The notes: generated by a model not told the origin, from the sequence alone. A stretch of 64,000 bases of DNA from Halobacteriovoraceae bacterium (GCA_963719505.1 CAVRCF010000005.1:416001-480000), one strand, 5' to 3'. Counted from the first letter of the stretch, positions 48,867-59,395 are shown. Numbers and translations: made by a program.

Positions 48867-50136
48867 CCTTATCTAATTCGCTTGTTATGCCACTATTAAG
48901 AAGGGCTTTAATAGCGAAAGAAAATTTCTCTTTTTTAAGGGCTTTGGCTTTTTCCACTGACGTCTTGATAAAGCTTTGAATCTCACCTTTTTCAACTCCT
49001 AAAATATAGAAGGTTTTGATGTCAGCATCCTGAGGTATAGTCTGCAAGGCTTCAGGACCACCTGACAAAATAAAATCCAAAAGAATTATATACCGTCCAA
49101 AGTTTTTAATTTCCTCTGCTTTTTGTAATCTCATCCCAAGCTTATTAACGAAATAGCCTCGGTGATACCGTGATCCCATCTGCATTTTTGCCATTTTTAT
49201 GACTGTAGCGATCTCTTCTTTTTCATAGGGCGTATTAAGATTTTTAATAAATTCAGTGGAAGATTTCTCAATAATAGTTAAAGACAATGTATCGATATAC
49301 TTGGCATACCCTTCTTTAAAATTTCGAGATTTAAAGTCTTTAAAGCTTTTACAAAGATTTTTCTCAATCTCAATTAGACATTTGTCAGCAAGAACGTAGA
49401 GGCCTAAAGAGTCTTGAATCTTTTCTATTTTTTCCTCTTTTAGCAGTTTTTTTTCTTTGGCTTCCTCAATGGCTTTTTGCTGATTAAGCTCTACTAGTTT
49501 TTGTGCTTCAAGTTTTTGCTTTGCAATGGTGGCTTGAAGAATTTTATCTTGCTCTTCTTTATAATGTTTGTAGTAAAAAAACGAGCCGATGATAACAAAG
49601 AGAAGGAAAATTAAAATCTGCTGATTCCGATCGGCTTTCTTGGCAACCTTCACTGGTCTTTTGGCGTTTCTTTTTCTTTTTCTCTCAACTCTCTCTGTTG
49701 GAGCTTCTTTTTCAAGGATTCGAGAAGCGTCTTGAGTCACAGTTCCAGCTGAGTCTGGAATATAAATATTTTTGTTAATCTTCTTCTCAGGAGCACTTTC
49801 AGGAGCGCTCTCGTCTTCTTCGTCCTCATCAACAGGAATTTCTTCATCTAATAGATAGAGAAGAACATGGGTTCCAAGTCTTATAGGAAAAAAAGTATTA
49901 AAAGGAGTACCAGCTTTTGGCTTGAGCATCTGTTCATTGAGATATGATCCCTCTTTAGAGCCCATATCAACAAAGTAGTACTCTCCACCTTTAGATATTA
50001 CTTTTGCATGTAGTCTTGAGATAGATTGATCATTGATTACTAGATCACATTGATCAGACTTCCCGATACTAACGGACTTCATCCCTTCAAAGGGATGAAG
50101 GGATTCTTCGCCGTTAATTTCTAGCTTTAAGTACAT
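48841..50136 (-). CDS. FHA-domain bitopic membrane protein
   Basis: SIGKS..CDL...ISRLHA...DMGSKEGSYLN; acidic/basic linker; one TM helix; periplasmic tail. Confidence 0.85.
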   Translation of the reverse strand: MYLKLEINGEESLHPFEGMKSVSIGKSDQCDLVINDQSISRLHAKVISKGGEYYFVDMGSKEGSYLNEQMLKPKAGTPFNTFFPIRLGTHVLLYLLDEEIPVDEDEEDESAPESAPEKKINKNIYIPDSAGTVTQDASRILEKEAPTERVERKRKRNAKRPVKVAKKADRNQQILIFLLFVIIGSFFYYKHYKEEQDKILQATIAKQKLEAQKLVELNQQKAIEEAKEKKLLKEEKIEKIQDSLGLYVLADKCLIEIEKNLCKSFKDFKSRNFKEGYAKYIDTLSLTIIEKSSTEFIKNLNTPYEKEEIATVIKMAKMQMGSRYHRGYFVNKLGMRLQKAEEIKNFGRYIILLDFILSGGPEALQTIPQDADIKTFYILGVEKGEIQSFIKTSVEKAKALKKEKFSFAIKALLNSGITSELDKAIKSLEIQ

Positions 50137-50177
50137 ATTATAAGTATAAGCTACTCAAATTTTAATTCAACTAGTTA

Positions 50178-51797
50178 TTAAAGGTTGTCTTTAATTCTAG
50201 CACAAATTCCACTAAATCCTTGGCAAGATACAGCAGTTGTACCTGAGTGGCAGCTAACTCTATAGGTTGTTAAACTCACAGGTCTCGATTCTCTTATATG
50301 TTGAGCACTAAACCCCGTTGCAACTGGGCCACCTGATATCAATCTAAAGTTAGGATTTGAACAATAACAATCTGTATACTGACTTCCTCCACCATTAGAA
50401 CAAACAATACCATTTGCTCCACCAGCTGAACCTGAAAATGAAGATAAGGTAACATCAGTAAAGTATTGATCTACGTGAAGCGAACCTTTAACTTTTAACT
50501 CTCCATCAAAAGTTGCAATCGACCCACTATCAACAGTAGTTTTTGACAAATAGAAGTTACTGCCACTATTTGATGCACCCATTGCGAAGCGATACCCGCC
50601 TGCAAAAGCTCCAGTAAATTGTCTATCTCCAGTGGAAGCTTGAATACTTAAAGCAGTATTGGTAGAACCAATCCCTACACCAGCCATAAAAGATTGATTA
50701 TTGTTAATAGCAATCCCCGATCCAAAAGCATGGTTGTGCTCACCAACTATTGAAACATTTTGCCCTGAAACAAGATTATACCCACCTTCTATACTAGAGT
50801 CATTAGCTGCTATTGCTACTGACTTAGTCCCGCTTATGAAATTTGCATTTCTAGAATTTATAGCAACACCGTCTGCGCCGACACCACCAATCGTCCCACC
50901 AGACCGAATAGATGTCAGAAAATTTGATTGAGACAAATTATTACAACTTTCAAACCCCCTATTGGCATTACCATTTGATCCATTAAAGAGTACAAAACAA
51001 TTGTTTGCATCTTCAGTCATCATGATGTTTGGACCAATTTGAATACCTTCATTTATATTTTCAATTCTTAAAGCTGTATCTATTCCAGATCCAAGCCAAT
51101 TAGTTGGAGCAGCTTCACTGATTTGTAATTTACCAAGAGAAGGGTTTAAACTTGCACCTATTAAAACGTTCCTAGTGCTTGCTATATACTCAGGAGTTGC
51201 AGAGTAAGCATGCGACCATAAACTATCTTGAACACCGCCTGAAGCTTGGCAAGACATCAAGTTTTGAGTGGTACCAGGATTATCAACTCTACATTTCAGA
51301 GGAATAGTGATTGTTCTCGAGTCAGCTCCAAAACTAGATTCACTATTTTTCCTAGAAACTTGTATCTGCAGAGGACAGTCACCGACTGATCCTCCATCTG
51401 AATCGTCATAAGCTTGATGTCTTACACTGGTGATCTCCAAATGAGGACCTAGAGACTTTCCAACGAGGGCAACTTCTCTAGAGCTTGAACCAATAACTCC
51501 ACCTTGGGAATCTCTCGTCACACCATATATAGATACATCTCTAGCAGAAACTAGTGACGTGCCGGAACCACCTAAAACTTGAGTACAAGAATCGGCTCCA
51601 CTAAGTATTGGCATAAGTTCGGTTTGTTGCCACATTCTTAAATCAATATCACTAGCTACTTTGTTTAAACCTTTTTGACCAGTCTGATTGGTCTTCATTA
51701 TCCCTAAAGAAATAATGACTGAGATCGCGGCAGCTGCCGTTACCTCAATAAGAGAAACACCTGACTGGTTTGAAAGTAATTTTTTAAAGTTTTTCAT
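50178..51797 (-). CDS. Prepilin-type N-terminal protein with fibre/adhesin-like C-terminus (paralog A)
   Basis: NQSG/VSLIEV type III signal; Gly/Ser/Asn-rich beta-roll-like repeats; Cys-rich tip. Confidence 0.8.
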   Translation of the reverse strand: MKNFKKLLSNQSGVSLIEVTAAAAISVIISLGIMKTNQTGQKGLNKVASDIDLRMWQQTELMPILSGADSCTQVLGGSGTSLVSARDVSIYGVTRDSQGGVIGSSSREVALVGKSLGPHLEITSVRHQAYDDSDGGSVGDCPLQIQVSRKNSESSFGADSRTITIPLKCRVDNPGTTQNLMSCQASGGVQDSLWSHAYSATPEYIASTRNVLIGASLNPSLGKLQISEAAPTNWLGSGIDTALRIENINEGIQIGPNIMMTEDANNCFVLFNGSNGNANRGFESCNNLSQSNFLTSIRSGGTIGGVGADGVAINSRNANFISGTKSVAIAANDSSIEGGYNLVSGQNVSIVGEHNHAFGSGIAINNNQSFMAGVGIGSTNTALSIQASTGDRQFTGAFAGGYRFAMGASNSGSNFYLSKTTVDSGSIATFDGELKVKGSLHVDQYFTDVTLSSFSGSAGGANGIVCSNGGGSQYTDCYCSNPNFRLISGGPVATGFSAQHIRESRPVSLTTYRVSCHSGTTAVSCQGFSGICARIKDNL

Positions 51798-51935
51798 TTA
51801 AAGATTCCTTGCGTGTATCTTTGAATATTGTAACCCACATGCAAATTTTGGTTAAATTTATCCCCTACAAAGAGCTAAGTTACTGATAAGTAAAAAGTAG
51901 CATCCTCATAAAATTGGCATTTTGAGTTTTATCTT

Positions 51936-51962
51936 TAATCGGATGTTTTAAAGAAAAACTTA
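51936..51962 (-). promoter_or_regulatory. Sigma28 (FliA)-type promoter
   Basis: TAAG-N15-TCCGATTA upstream of the 50178..51797 gene. Confidence 0.5.
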
Positions 51963-51978
51963 ATTGTATTTACAAACT

Positions 51979-53712
51979 TTACATTCTTGGAGTTCCTTGA
52001 ATAAAGTTTATTGAGTCTCCACTTTGAAAGTCATTCCAAGAAGCATCATCCGAAGCTTTTATCTCAATAGTATTGTTTCCATCTTGATCAGCAACGAGCA
52101 TTTTAATTGGAGTACCCGCCTTGTTGACATAAACAGCTGAAACGATTTCAGATGAATCCATAAAGTAACTTCTAAAACTTACTCGAAGTCTAAAGTGAGC
52201 CCCACTGACTCGCCCTTGAGCTGCAACAACAACCGATTGACCAAGGTCACTTTCATCTTTTGTCATCATGACTTTTGTCCCACCCACAGACCAATTTGTT
52301 CCGTCATAGTTAAGCTGAAAAGCAATAAGTCTAGTGAACTCAGAGTATATTTGTTCTCCACCACCTGGACTTTTCCAAGAGGTACCATCACAAAATTCAA
52401 GTTGCTTGTCTGTCGAATTATAACGAGTTGTCCCCTCTATACTTGCCGAACAAGCCGTCGCAACATCGCCAAGCTTGACCCCACCGTTTGCCACAATACT
52501 TTTCTCTGTTCGAAGACTACCGCCGCTGTCAATTTCTAAAATATCAGAAGCCGTGGGCCCTGTAATAAATCTAAAGCCATTATCAAAAAGAGCGGTAAAT
52601 TGATTTGTTGTTGTCGAGCGATAAACAGAAAGACCAGTGGAAGATCCCACAACCATTGACTTACTATGGGCAACCTCTACACCTGAACCGATCGCATGCG
52701 AGTTTGCAGCTAATGCATTAACATTTTGACCAGCGGCTAATGAGTAACTTCCCGAAACAGAAGCATCTGAGCCCCCTAATATGACTGAGTTCAGAGAGTT
52801 TGCAGAAAAATTGGCCATGGTCGAGGAGATACTTACAGTATTGGATGTCCCTGTCGCACAGTGCTTTAACCCAGAATCAAGCTTCGTTCCATCACTTGCG
52901 CTTGAGATATTAAAACATCCATCAGAGTCAGCATAGAGAGCTTCGTTATCAGCAAAAACAAAGGCATCTCCAAGGTTGGTTATTCTCATTGAGGTTTTTA
53001 CACCGGTACCGGCTGAGGGAAAATCGAGTCCACTATTTCCAGTGACTTCAAATTTCGATTTAATAATTTGGTTCTTATCTCCCACAACCACATTGCCATT
53101 ATTGAAAATATATCCAGCCTCAGTTCCTGTTGCGACCTGTTGCATCCACATTGTATCCGAGCCGTCAGATGTTATGGTACAAGAAGCCAAGGTATCATCT
53201 GTCCTTTTAGAACATATAGCAGGTATATTGAGTTTTTTAATATCATTACCAAAGGCTTTTTTGGTTCTTCTTACATAGATAGAAAGCGTACACCGACCAT
53301 TGAGAGAGCCCACACTATCTTCTGAAAAAGAAGAAAGGGCGACGATATTATCAACCCCAGGGTCTGAGGCTTCTGCAAGTTGCCAAGAACCCGATGTACC
53401 GTCAAGCAGCTGACCAGAGGTGAAGACAGCATTTCCATCTTTATCGATAATATCCGTTCTCGTTTGAATATTATTAACATTTCCAGGAAAGTTTAAACGA
53501 CATGTCTCGGGGTCTCCTAAATATCTCATTAGGTTATTAACCTGCCAAAGTTTTATATCTAAGTCTGTGGTGACTTTCGTCATCCCCTTTTGACCAGTTT
53601 CATTTGTTTTCATAATTCCCAATGAAATAATAACTGAGATAGCAGCAGCCGCCGTAACTTCAATTAAAGAGACACCTGATTGATTCGACAATAAATCTCT
53701 GAGATTTTTCAT
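51979..53712 (-). CDS. Prepilin-type N-terminal protein with fibre/adhesin-like C-terminus (paralog B)
   Basis: Near-identical pilin N-terminus to paralog A; ACSASIEGTTRYNS..LEFCDGTSW fibre motif; different tip domain. Confidence 0.8.
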   Translation of the reverse strand: MKNLRDLLSNQSGVSLIEVTAAAAISVIISLGIMKTNETGQKGMTKVTTDLDIKLWQVNNLMRYLGDPETCRLNFPGNVNNIQTRTDIIDKDGNAVFTSGQLLDGTSGSWQLAEASDPGVDNIVALSSFSEDSVGSLNGRCTLSIYVRRTKKAFGNDIKKLNIPAICSKRTDDTLASCTITSDGSDTMWMQQVATGTEAGYIFNNGNVVVGDKNQIIKSKFEVTGNSGLDFPSAGTGVKTSMRITNLGDAFVFADNEALYADSDGCFNISSASDGTKLDSGLKHCATGTSNTVSISSTMANFSANSLNSVILGGSDASVSGSYSLAAGQNVNALAANSHAIGSGVEVAHSKSMVVGSSTGLSVYRSTTTNQFTALFDNGFRFITGPTASDILEIDSGGSLRTEKSIVANGGVKLGDVATACSASIEGTTRYNSTDKQLEFCDGTSWKSPGGGEQIYSEFTRLIAFQLNYDGTNWSVGGTKVMMTKDESDLGQSVVVAAQGRVSGAHFRLRVSFRSYFMDSSEIVSAVYVNKAGTPIKMLVADQDGNNTIEIKASDDASWNDFQSGDSINFIQGTPRM

Positions 53713-53863
53713 TTTTTCCTTCCATTAATGTTTCTTAACTATTCTAAGTCATTGCTAAAAAGATGTTGTTTAATCAACACTAGAAAACATAACTAATTGA
53801 TAGTTGGAAAAGTTCTGCCCATTTAAATTGGCAAGACTGAAAATTTTAAGATAATTTATCAAA

Positions 53864-54301
53864 ATGACTCAAGCTGAAATTTTTTATAACAAAATTATTG
53901 AACAGTTCAATAGACTTCAAATTACTGTCGAGACTCAATTTCAAAGAGATCCAAAACTCTCTGGAAAAAGCCTCCTCCTTAAAGACAAAGAAGGCTTTCG
54001 CCTTTTCACCATTAGAGGAGATCGGAAAACGGACAATAAAAAAATTCGAAAAATTTTAAATTCACAAAAACTCAGAATTGCCACAGATGAGGAATTATTA
54101 GCAAAGGCGGGGGTTGTCTCAGGAAGCCTTCCCCCTTTTGGTAGACCCCTACTAGATGTGGATCACTATATTGACGAGGAACTTCTTTTGAATGAATTCA
54201 TTTGTTTTAACGCAGCAATTACCGACAAAAAGGTTCGGATAAGAATGGAAGATTATCTAAAAATGGTAAATCCTTCTGTTTGTGAATTCAAAAAAATTTG
54301 A
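53864..54301 (+). CDS. YbaK/prolyl-tRNA editing family protein
   Basis: KSLLLK, LRIATDEEL, GVVSGSLPPFG, ICFNAA. Confidence 0.85.
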   Translation: MTQAEIFYNKIIEQFNRLQITVETQFQRDPKLSGKSLLLKDKEGFRLFTIRGDRKTDNKKIRKILNSQKLRIATDEELLAKAGVVSGSLPPFGRPLLDVDHYIDEELLLNEFICFNAAITDKKVRIRMEDYLKMVNPSVCEFKKI

Positions 54302-54325
54302 TAAAATAGGGCAAAGGTAGGGAAA

Positions 54326-54682
54326 ATGTATTTAAAAGTTAATAACGCAGACAAAGACTATTACTATAAATTTGAAGACACAAAAACCATCACAATTGGT
54401 AGATCTGATAAAAATGATATTCCTCTTACGGCCGAAGGAGTTTCAAGGAATCACCTTGAGGTTATCTTCGAAAACGGAGAATATTTCGTTAAAGATCTGG
54501 GGGCAACAAACGGTTCATTTATTAATGAACAAAAATTAGAGCCCAATACGAAAATATCCTTCAATACATTTTTTCCAGTTCAACTGGGCTTTCATGCAAA
54601 GCTTTATCTTCTAGATGAAGCAGGAAGCATAGACTCTTTAAATAAACTAGTAAAAGAGACAAAAGAGCTTCTAAGCAACTAA
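54326..54682 (+). CDS. Stand-alone FHA domain protein
   Basis: TIGRS, VSRNHL, DLGATNGSFIN. Confidence 0.9.
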   Translation: MYLKVNNADKDYYYKFEDTKTITIGRSDKNDIPLTAEGVSRNHLEVIFENGEYFVKDLGATNGSFINEQKLEPNTKISFNTFFPVQLGFHAKLYLLDEAGSIDSLNKLVKETKELLSN

Positions 54683-54756
54683 ATTTATGTCCCCCTTTAA
54701 TTAATAAAAAATATTTAAATTCCGACAAGGTGGTATAATGGTTTAAAGGGGATTAC

Positions 54757-57700
54757 TTGACCAAAATACTTATCTTACTTCTATTCATCGTTGGGTGTAA
54801 TCAGCAAAAGGTTGTTGACGGTACTACCCAAAAAGAACAGCTCGATAGTATTGGCTCTCAACTTCAGTTCTCTTTGGACCCATCTGTGAGCTACTCCACC
54901 AATACCTCTACGACATTAGTGGCACTTAATACACAAACTGGAACAAAGCTAAGTATTTATTCAGACTCTCAATGTGAAAATGAACTTGAGACCAAAACTG
55001 TCTTGGGCAAAGTGACCAGATTTAATTTTAATTTCTCAGGAGATCAAACCATTGTCTTTTACTTTCGAGTCGTTGATATTGATTTTAAAAAAAGCGGATG
55101 CCTCTATACAAAAGCATTTTATACAATTGATAATATGCCACCTTTGGGTCCTTTGTCTGTCTCAACCTCTCAGTCTGTGGGAATTAACCCCAGACCGAGT
55201 TTTTCAATTTTTGGTATCGAATCCGGAGATAAACTTACTCTTTTCTCTGATCTAACCTGTTCATTTAAACTTGGACAGATTAATGCAAATGGATCAAGTG
55301 CTCTTTTGATTCCAACAAAAGATCTTCCCGATGATGGCCAATATGATTTTTACTATAGGATTGAAGATAGAGCCGGAAATATTAAAACTCAGATGGGATC
55401 AACTTGTCTAAGCGCTGCAAGCTCATATCTTTACGATACCACGGCACCTTCACTTCCAAGCTCAATTGCCTTCAATGGAAACGATGCTATAGACCGCGAA
55501 ACTATTATTGACTTGGATTTTCAAAACTCTGAAAGTGATTTAGAAGTTAGACTCTATACCAACAGTAGTTGTACTATCGGTGGCTTTACATCGGGATACT
55601 CTGTCACAAATAATTTAAGTGTGAGTTTTAACTTCTCAACTTTTATCTCAGACAGAAGTTATACTCTTTATTATAAAATAAGAGACCGAGCAGGAAATTA
55701 TCTTTTCCAAAACAATTCAAATTGTATTAACTCCAATCTTACCTACTACTATGATATTGGTGCTCCACAGACTCCAGTTCTTACCAATAAAACTAAAAAG
55801 TCTGCTTTAGTCGGTGGTGTTCCAACACTTGTGAACTATCCGCCAATTGGAGAGCGAAAGGAATTAACAATTGAAGGTTCTGGTCTTGAGGTCGGAACAA
55901 CTGTTCAAATATTCCCCTACACCAGCTGCTCGGGAGCCCCTCTTTTAACAGCTCAGGTTACGGATGATACCGAGAACTTTAACATCTCACTTCCAAATGG
56001 AGACAATTATCAGCTGTCTGCCAAGCTAGAAGACACTGCGGGAAATATAAGTAGTTGTTCTAATCAAATCGAATACGAATACAAAGAAGTAAAACAAATA
56101 GCACTGGGCCTTCATCATAGTTGTGTTCACTTCTATGACGGCGAAACATATTGCTTTGGAAGAAACCATAAAGGCCAACTTGGTCTAGGGACAGTGAGTA
56201 ATTTTGAAAAGACTCCAAAGAAAGTTTCACTTCCCATAGACACTCAAAGTGTATCCACTGGTCTAAACCATACCTGTCACCTTGATACATCTGGAGATGT
56301 TTGGTGTTCTGGTGATAATAAGTTTTCTCAAGTCGGACTTCCACAGACGACAACAAATATTTATTCAACTCCAACTCTTACAGAGTCAGGACAAAACTTT
56401 ACCTTTTTGACGTCTGGAGACAATCATAACTGTGGAATTAATTCACTAGGGAATCTTTTATGCTTTGGTAGCAACTCACACGGCCAGGTTGGAGATCTTG
56501 CTTTTGGTACAAATATTGAGGCTGCACAAACCGGCCAACTTGGTCCTTTAACTAATATTGTCGATATCTCCTTAGGTGGTGCTCACAGTTGTGTGACAAA
56601 CAGTACCGGTTCCATTAGCTGCTTTGGTCAAAATTTTTCAGGACAATCTGGCAGCGACTTTGGTAACCCCAACAATCAATTCTACGCTGATCCTGTGACA
56701 GTTCCAACATTTGAATCAACTCAATTGTCTCTGGGAACTAATACAAGCTGTTTTATTCAAGAGACAACATCACAAGTTTTATGCTTCGGAGACGGACAAA
56801 AAAACAAACTCGGTGATGCCACACAGATAGACTCCTTTACTCCAAAACAAATAGCTGATTCTTCAAGCTTTTCAACTGTTTCTTCTGGAAATGACAAGAC
56901 CTGTATCACTAATACTGACAATGAGGTCTTCTGTTTTGGAAATGGTCAAAACGGTGTTGAAAAAATTATGACAAATTTAAAATTTGAAAACTATCATGTT
57001 GGTCACTCTCACGACTGTGGTATTTCAAAGACAGGAGAAGTGTTCTGTCGAGGTTCAAATAATTTTGGACAATTGGGAACTCCACTTTCTTCAAGTTCTA
57101 CAGACTTCTCTATAGTGGACTTTGCTTTTGACCAAGCAAGTATTCTTTTCCTAGATGCTCCACTTGTTAGTATAAATACTCAAAGCACGCCACTTGAATT
57201 CGATAATGATTTAGGAGTTTACAACTCAAAGACGATAACAATTCGGATAAAAAATAATGGTGATGGTGAGGCTTTAAATATTGAAACTAATATTTTATCA
57301 CTGAGCGAGTTTACTATCACTTCCGATACCTGTTCTCCAAGCTTGTCTTCTTTGGCCTCCTGTGAAATTGATCTCATCTATACTCCGACTCAATCGTACC
57401 CCAATGGGAAGGACTACACTTTAAATATGACCTACAACGATGTGGTTGGAGCGAAGCAAAGTGCTATAAACTTTAGGGCTTATTCTATAAGAGCTTTAAA
57501 AGATCTAGACTTTACTTTAGGTGGAAATCCCATAAGTTCAGTTATTGAGTTTAATGACAACTCGTCACCACTGAGTGCAAATCAAGCAGAAACACTGTCG
57601 AGACTTCTCACGATCCAAAATAATTCGACAGTCAATATGCAAATTGAGCAAGCATCATTCTTTGGTGACGATGGTGTTCATTTTAGCTATAGTGGTGGAT

Positions 57701-58290
57701 TCCCAGGTCAAAATGGAACATGTTCAGGCGTTATTCCCCCTGGAGAAAGTTGTCTCATAGACATAACCTATTCACCAAAATTGGCCTCTATGACTCCTCC
57801 AGATTCGAGTCATCAAAGCTCACTGAGACTGCTTATAAGACAAGGACAGCTTCTCACAAATAGCGATCTTGCCCTCAAAGGCTTTGCCGTTATGCAATCC
57901 CCACAGATTAATGCCTATTCTGACAACGCACTTATTTCAACACTTTTTAACCTCAATAATTTTGGCTCCGCCATCGTCGCTATAACTTCAGCGACATTAC
58001 AAGGGGAAATTACCTTCAAAAATGAAGGGACTGAAAAAGCGGTGATTTCGTCGATGACAACAGTTGACTCTTTAGCTCAGTTTAATATTCTTTCGAACAC
58101 TTGCCAAAATTCTCTCGTCCTAGATATTAATGAAAGTTGTTCCGTTGTGGTCCAGTATGATCCCACAGTTGTCTCCCCCATTACAGGACACCTATTTATC
58201 ATACCTCTGGTTTACAATAACCAAGCCCTCCCACTAGATCCACAGCGTACAACCACTGTAGAAGTAAAGGCATTTGCTCGAAGCCCATAG
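54757..58290 (+). CDS. Large lipoprotein: Ig-like repeats, RCC1 beta-propeller, three ASH/choice-of-anchor-D-like domains
   Basis: Lipobox IVGC; DRAGN/DTAGN Ig repeats; repeated G..H.C....G...CFG.N..GQLG; three C-terminal units of type C...L....SC.I...Y.P. Confidence 0.85.
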   Translation: MTKILILLLFIVGCNQQKVVDGTTQKEQLDSIGSQLQFSLDPSVSYSTNTSTTLVALNTQTGTKLSIYSDSQCENELETKTVLGKVTRFNFNFSGDQTIVFYFRVVDIDFKKSGCLYTKAFYTIDNMPPLGPLSVSTSQSVGINPRPSFSIFGIESGDKLTLFSDLTCSFKLGQINANGSSALLIPTKDLPDDGQYDFYYRIEDRAGNIKTQMGSTCLSAASSYLYDTTAPSLPSSIAFNGNDAIDRETIIDLDFQNSESDLEVRLYTNSSCTIGGFTSGYSVTNNLSVSFNFSTFISDRSYTLYYKIRDRAGNYLFQNNSNCINSNLTYYYDIGAPQTPVLTNKTKKSALVGGVPTLVNYPPIGERKELTIEGSGLEVGTTVQIFPYTSCSGAPLLTAQVTDDTENFNISLPNGDNYQLSAKLEDTAGNISSCSNQIEYEYKEVKQIALGLHHSCVHFYDGETYCFGRNHKGQLGLGTVSNFEKTPKKVSLPIDTQSVSTGLNHTCHLDTSGDVWCSGDNKFSQVGLPQTTTNIYSTPTLTESGQNFTFLTSGDNHNCGINSLGNLLCFGSNSHGQVGDLAFGTNIEAAQTGQLGPLTNIVDISLGGAHSCVTNSTGSISCFGQNFSGQSGSDFGNPNNQFYADPVTVPTFESTQLSLGTNTSCFIQETTSQVLCFGDGQKNKLGDATQIDSFTPKQIADSSSFSTVSSGNDKTCITNTDNEVFCFGNGQNGVEKIMTNLKFENYHVGHSHDCGISKTGEVFCRGSNNFGQLGTPLSSSSTDFSIVDFAFDQASILFLDAPLVSINTQSTPLEFDNDLGVYNSKTITIRIKNNGDGEALNIETNILSLSEFTITSDTCSPSLSSLASCEIDLIYTPTQSYPNGKDYTLNMTYNDVVGAKQSAINFRAYSIRALKDLDFTLGGNPISSVIEFNDNSSPLSANQAETLSRLLTIQNNSTVNMQIEQASFFGDDGVHFSYSGGFPGQNGTCSGVIPPGESCLIDITYSPKLASMTPPDSSHQSSLRLLIRQGQLLTNSDLALKGFAVMQSPQINAYSDNALISTLFNLNNFGSAIVAITSATLQGEITFKNEGTEKAVISSMTTVDSLAQFNILSNTCQNSLVLDINESCSVVVQYDPTVVSPITGHLFIIPLVYNNQALPLDPQRTTTVEVKAFARSP

Positions 58291-58309
58291 TTTGCTGTAC
58301 TATGAGATT

Positions 58310-59395
58310 ATGAAAATGGAAAAGTCTTTTCCGGACATAGTCGTGAACTCAAACCACTGCTTCTCCAATAAGTTATTTTATCAACACCTAGAAAGATGCA
58401 ATCTTCTCACTGGTCAAACAGGTTGGGACCCCATCTATTTTAGTCGAGAAAAATCGGTTTTACCTGGTTTTATCAAAAGTCACAGCTACGGTGAATTTAT
58501 TTTTGATTGGGCTTGGGCGAATTTTTATGCTCGTTTTGGCATAAATTACTACCCAAAACTAGTTCACTGCACACCTTTTACCCCAGTTAATGCTCCAAAA
58601 ATTATCGGAGAAAATTGTCCTCAACTCTTCCAAGATAGTTTTGACTTTTACCAACAACAACCCGCTCTTTCAGGAGAACACTACCTTTTCATCTCCGATG
58701 AAGAAGAAGAAATACTCAAAAGTCTAAATTTTAAAATTATGAAGACCATTCAATACCACTTTATTAACAAGTGGGAATCCTTTGATGCCTTTTTAGAAGA
58801 CTTAAAAAAGGGTCGACGCAAAATGATAAAAAAAGAGAGGCTAAAGGTTGCTCACTCCAAAGTTGAAATTGAATGGCTCAGCGACTATAGTGAGGCCCAA
58901 TTGGATGAGATTTATCTTTTGTACATCTCTACCATTGCAAAAAAGCAATCTCAGGCTTATCTAAATCGAGCCTTTTTTATGGATCTAGGTTATCTTACCA
59001 ATGTTAAAATTTTAGTTGCACGGCTAGATCAAAAAATAATTGCCATGAGTCTTTTTTTTGAATCTTCAAAGGCCCTATACGGTCGCTATTGGGGAATTGA
59101 TCCAAGTATCGAGCACCTCTACCCTTTTCTTCATTTTGAGATGTGTTATTACCGAGGGCTTGATTATATTTTTAAAAAGAATCTCCCGCTTTTTGAAGCC
59201 GGTGCACAGGGAGAACAAAAGCTTTGGAGAGGATTCACTCCTGTTGTCATTAAGTCAGCTCACCACATCAAAAGAGCTGATCTCTTTGGGCCTATCAAAG
59301 ACTATATAAACGACCAAAATAAAAACACGATCAATGAAATTGAGAATTTAAAAAAATATCTCCCCTTTAAGGAAAAAAATGAAAAAGCTCAATAA
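58310..59395 (+). CDS. GNAT/FemAB-like protein (DUF482); start taken at 58310
   Basis: KSHSYGEFIFDWAWA, YYPKL, LYGRYWG, LHFEMCYY, FEAGAQGEQK. Confidence 0.9.
   Translation: MKMEKSFPDIVVNSNHCFSNKLFYQHLERCNLLTGQTGWDPIYFSREKSVLPGFIKSHSYGEFIFDWAWANFYARFGINYYPKLVHCTPFTPVNAPKIIGENCPQLFQDSFDFYQQQPALSGEHYLFISDEEEEILKSLNFKIMKTIQYHFINKWESFDAFLEDLKKGRRKMIKKERLKVAHSKVEIEWLSDYSEAQLDEIYLLYISTIAKKQSQAYLNRAFFMDLGYLTNVKILVARLDQKIIAMSLFFESSKALYGRYWGIDPSIEHLYPFLHFEMCYYRGLDYIFKKNLPLFEAGAQGEQKLWRGFTPVVIKSAHHIKRADLFGPIKDYINDQNKNTINEIENLKKYLPFKEKNEKAQ

Noticed and set aside
50178-53712. Shufflon or DGR diversifying the adhesin tips
   Set aside because: No adjacent invertase or reverse transcriptase, and no inverted cassette or TR/VR pair was seen.
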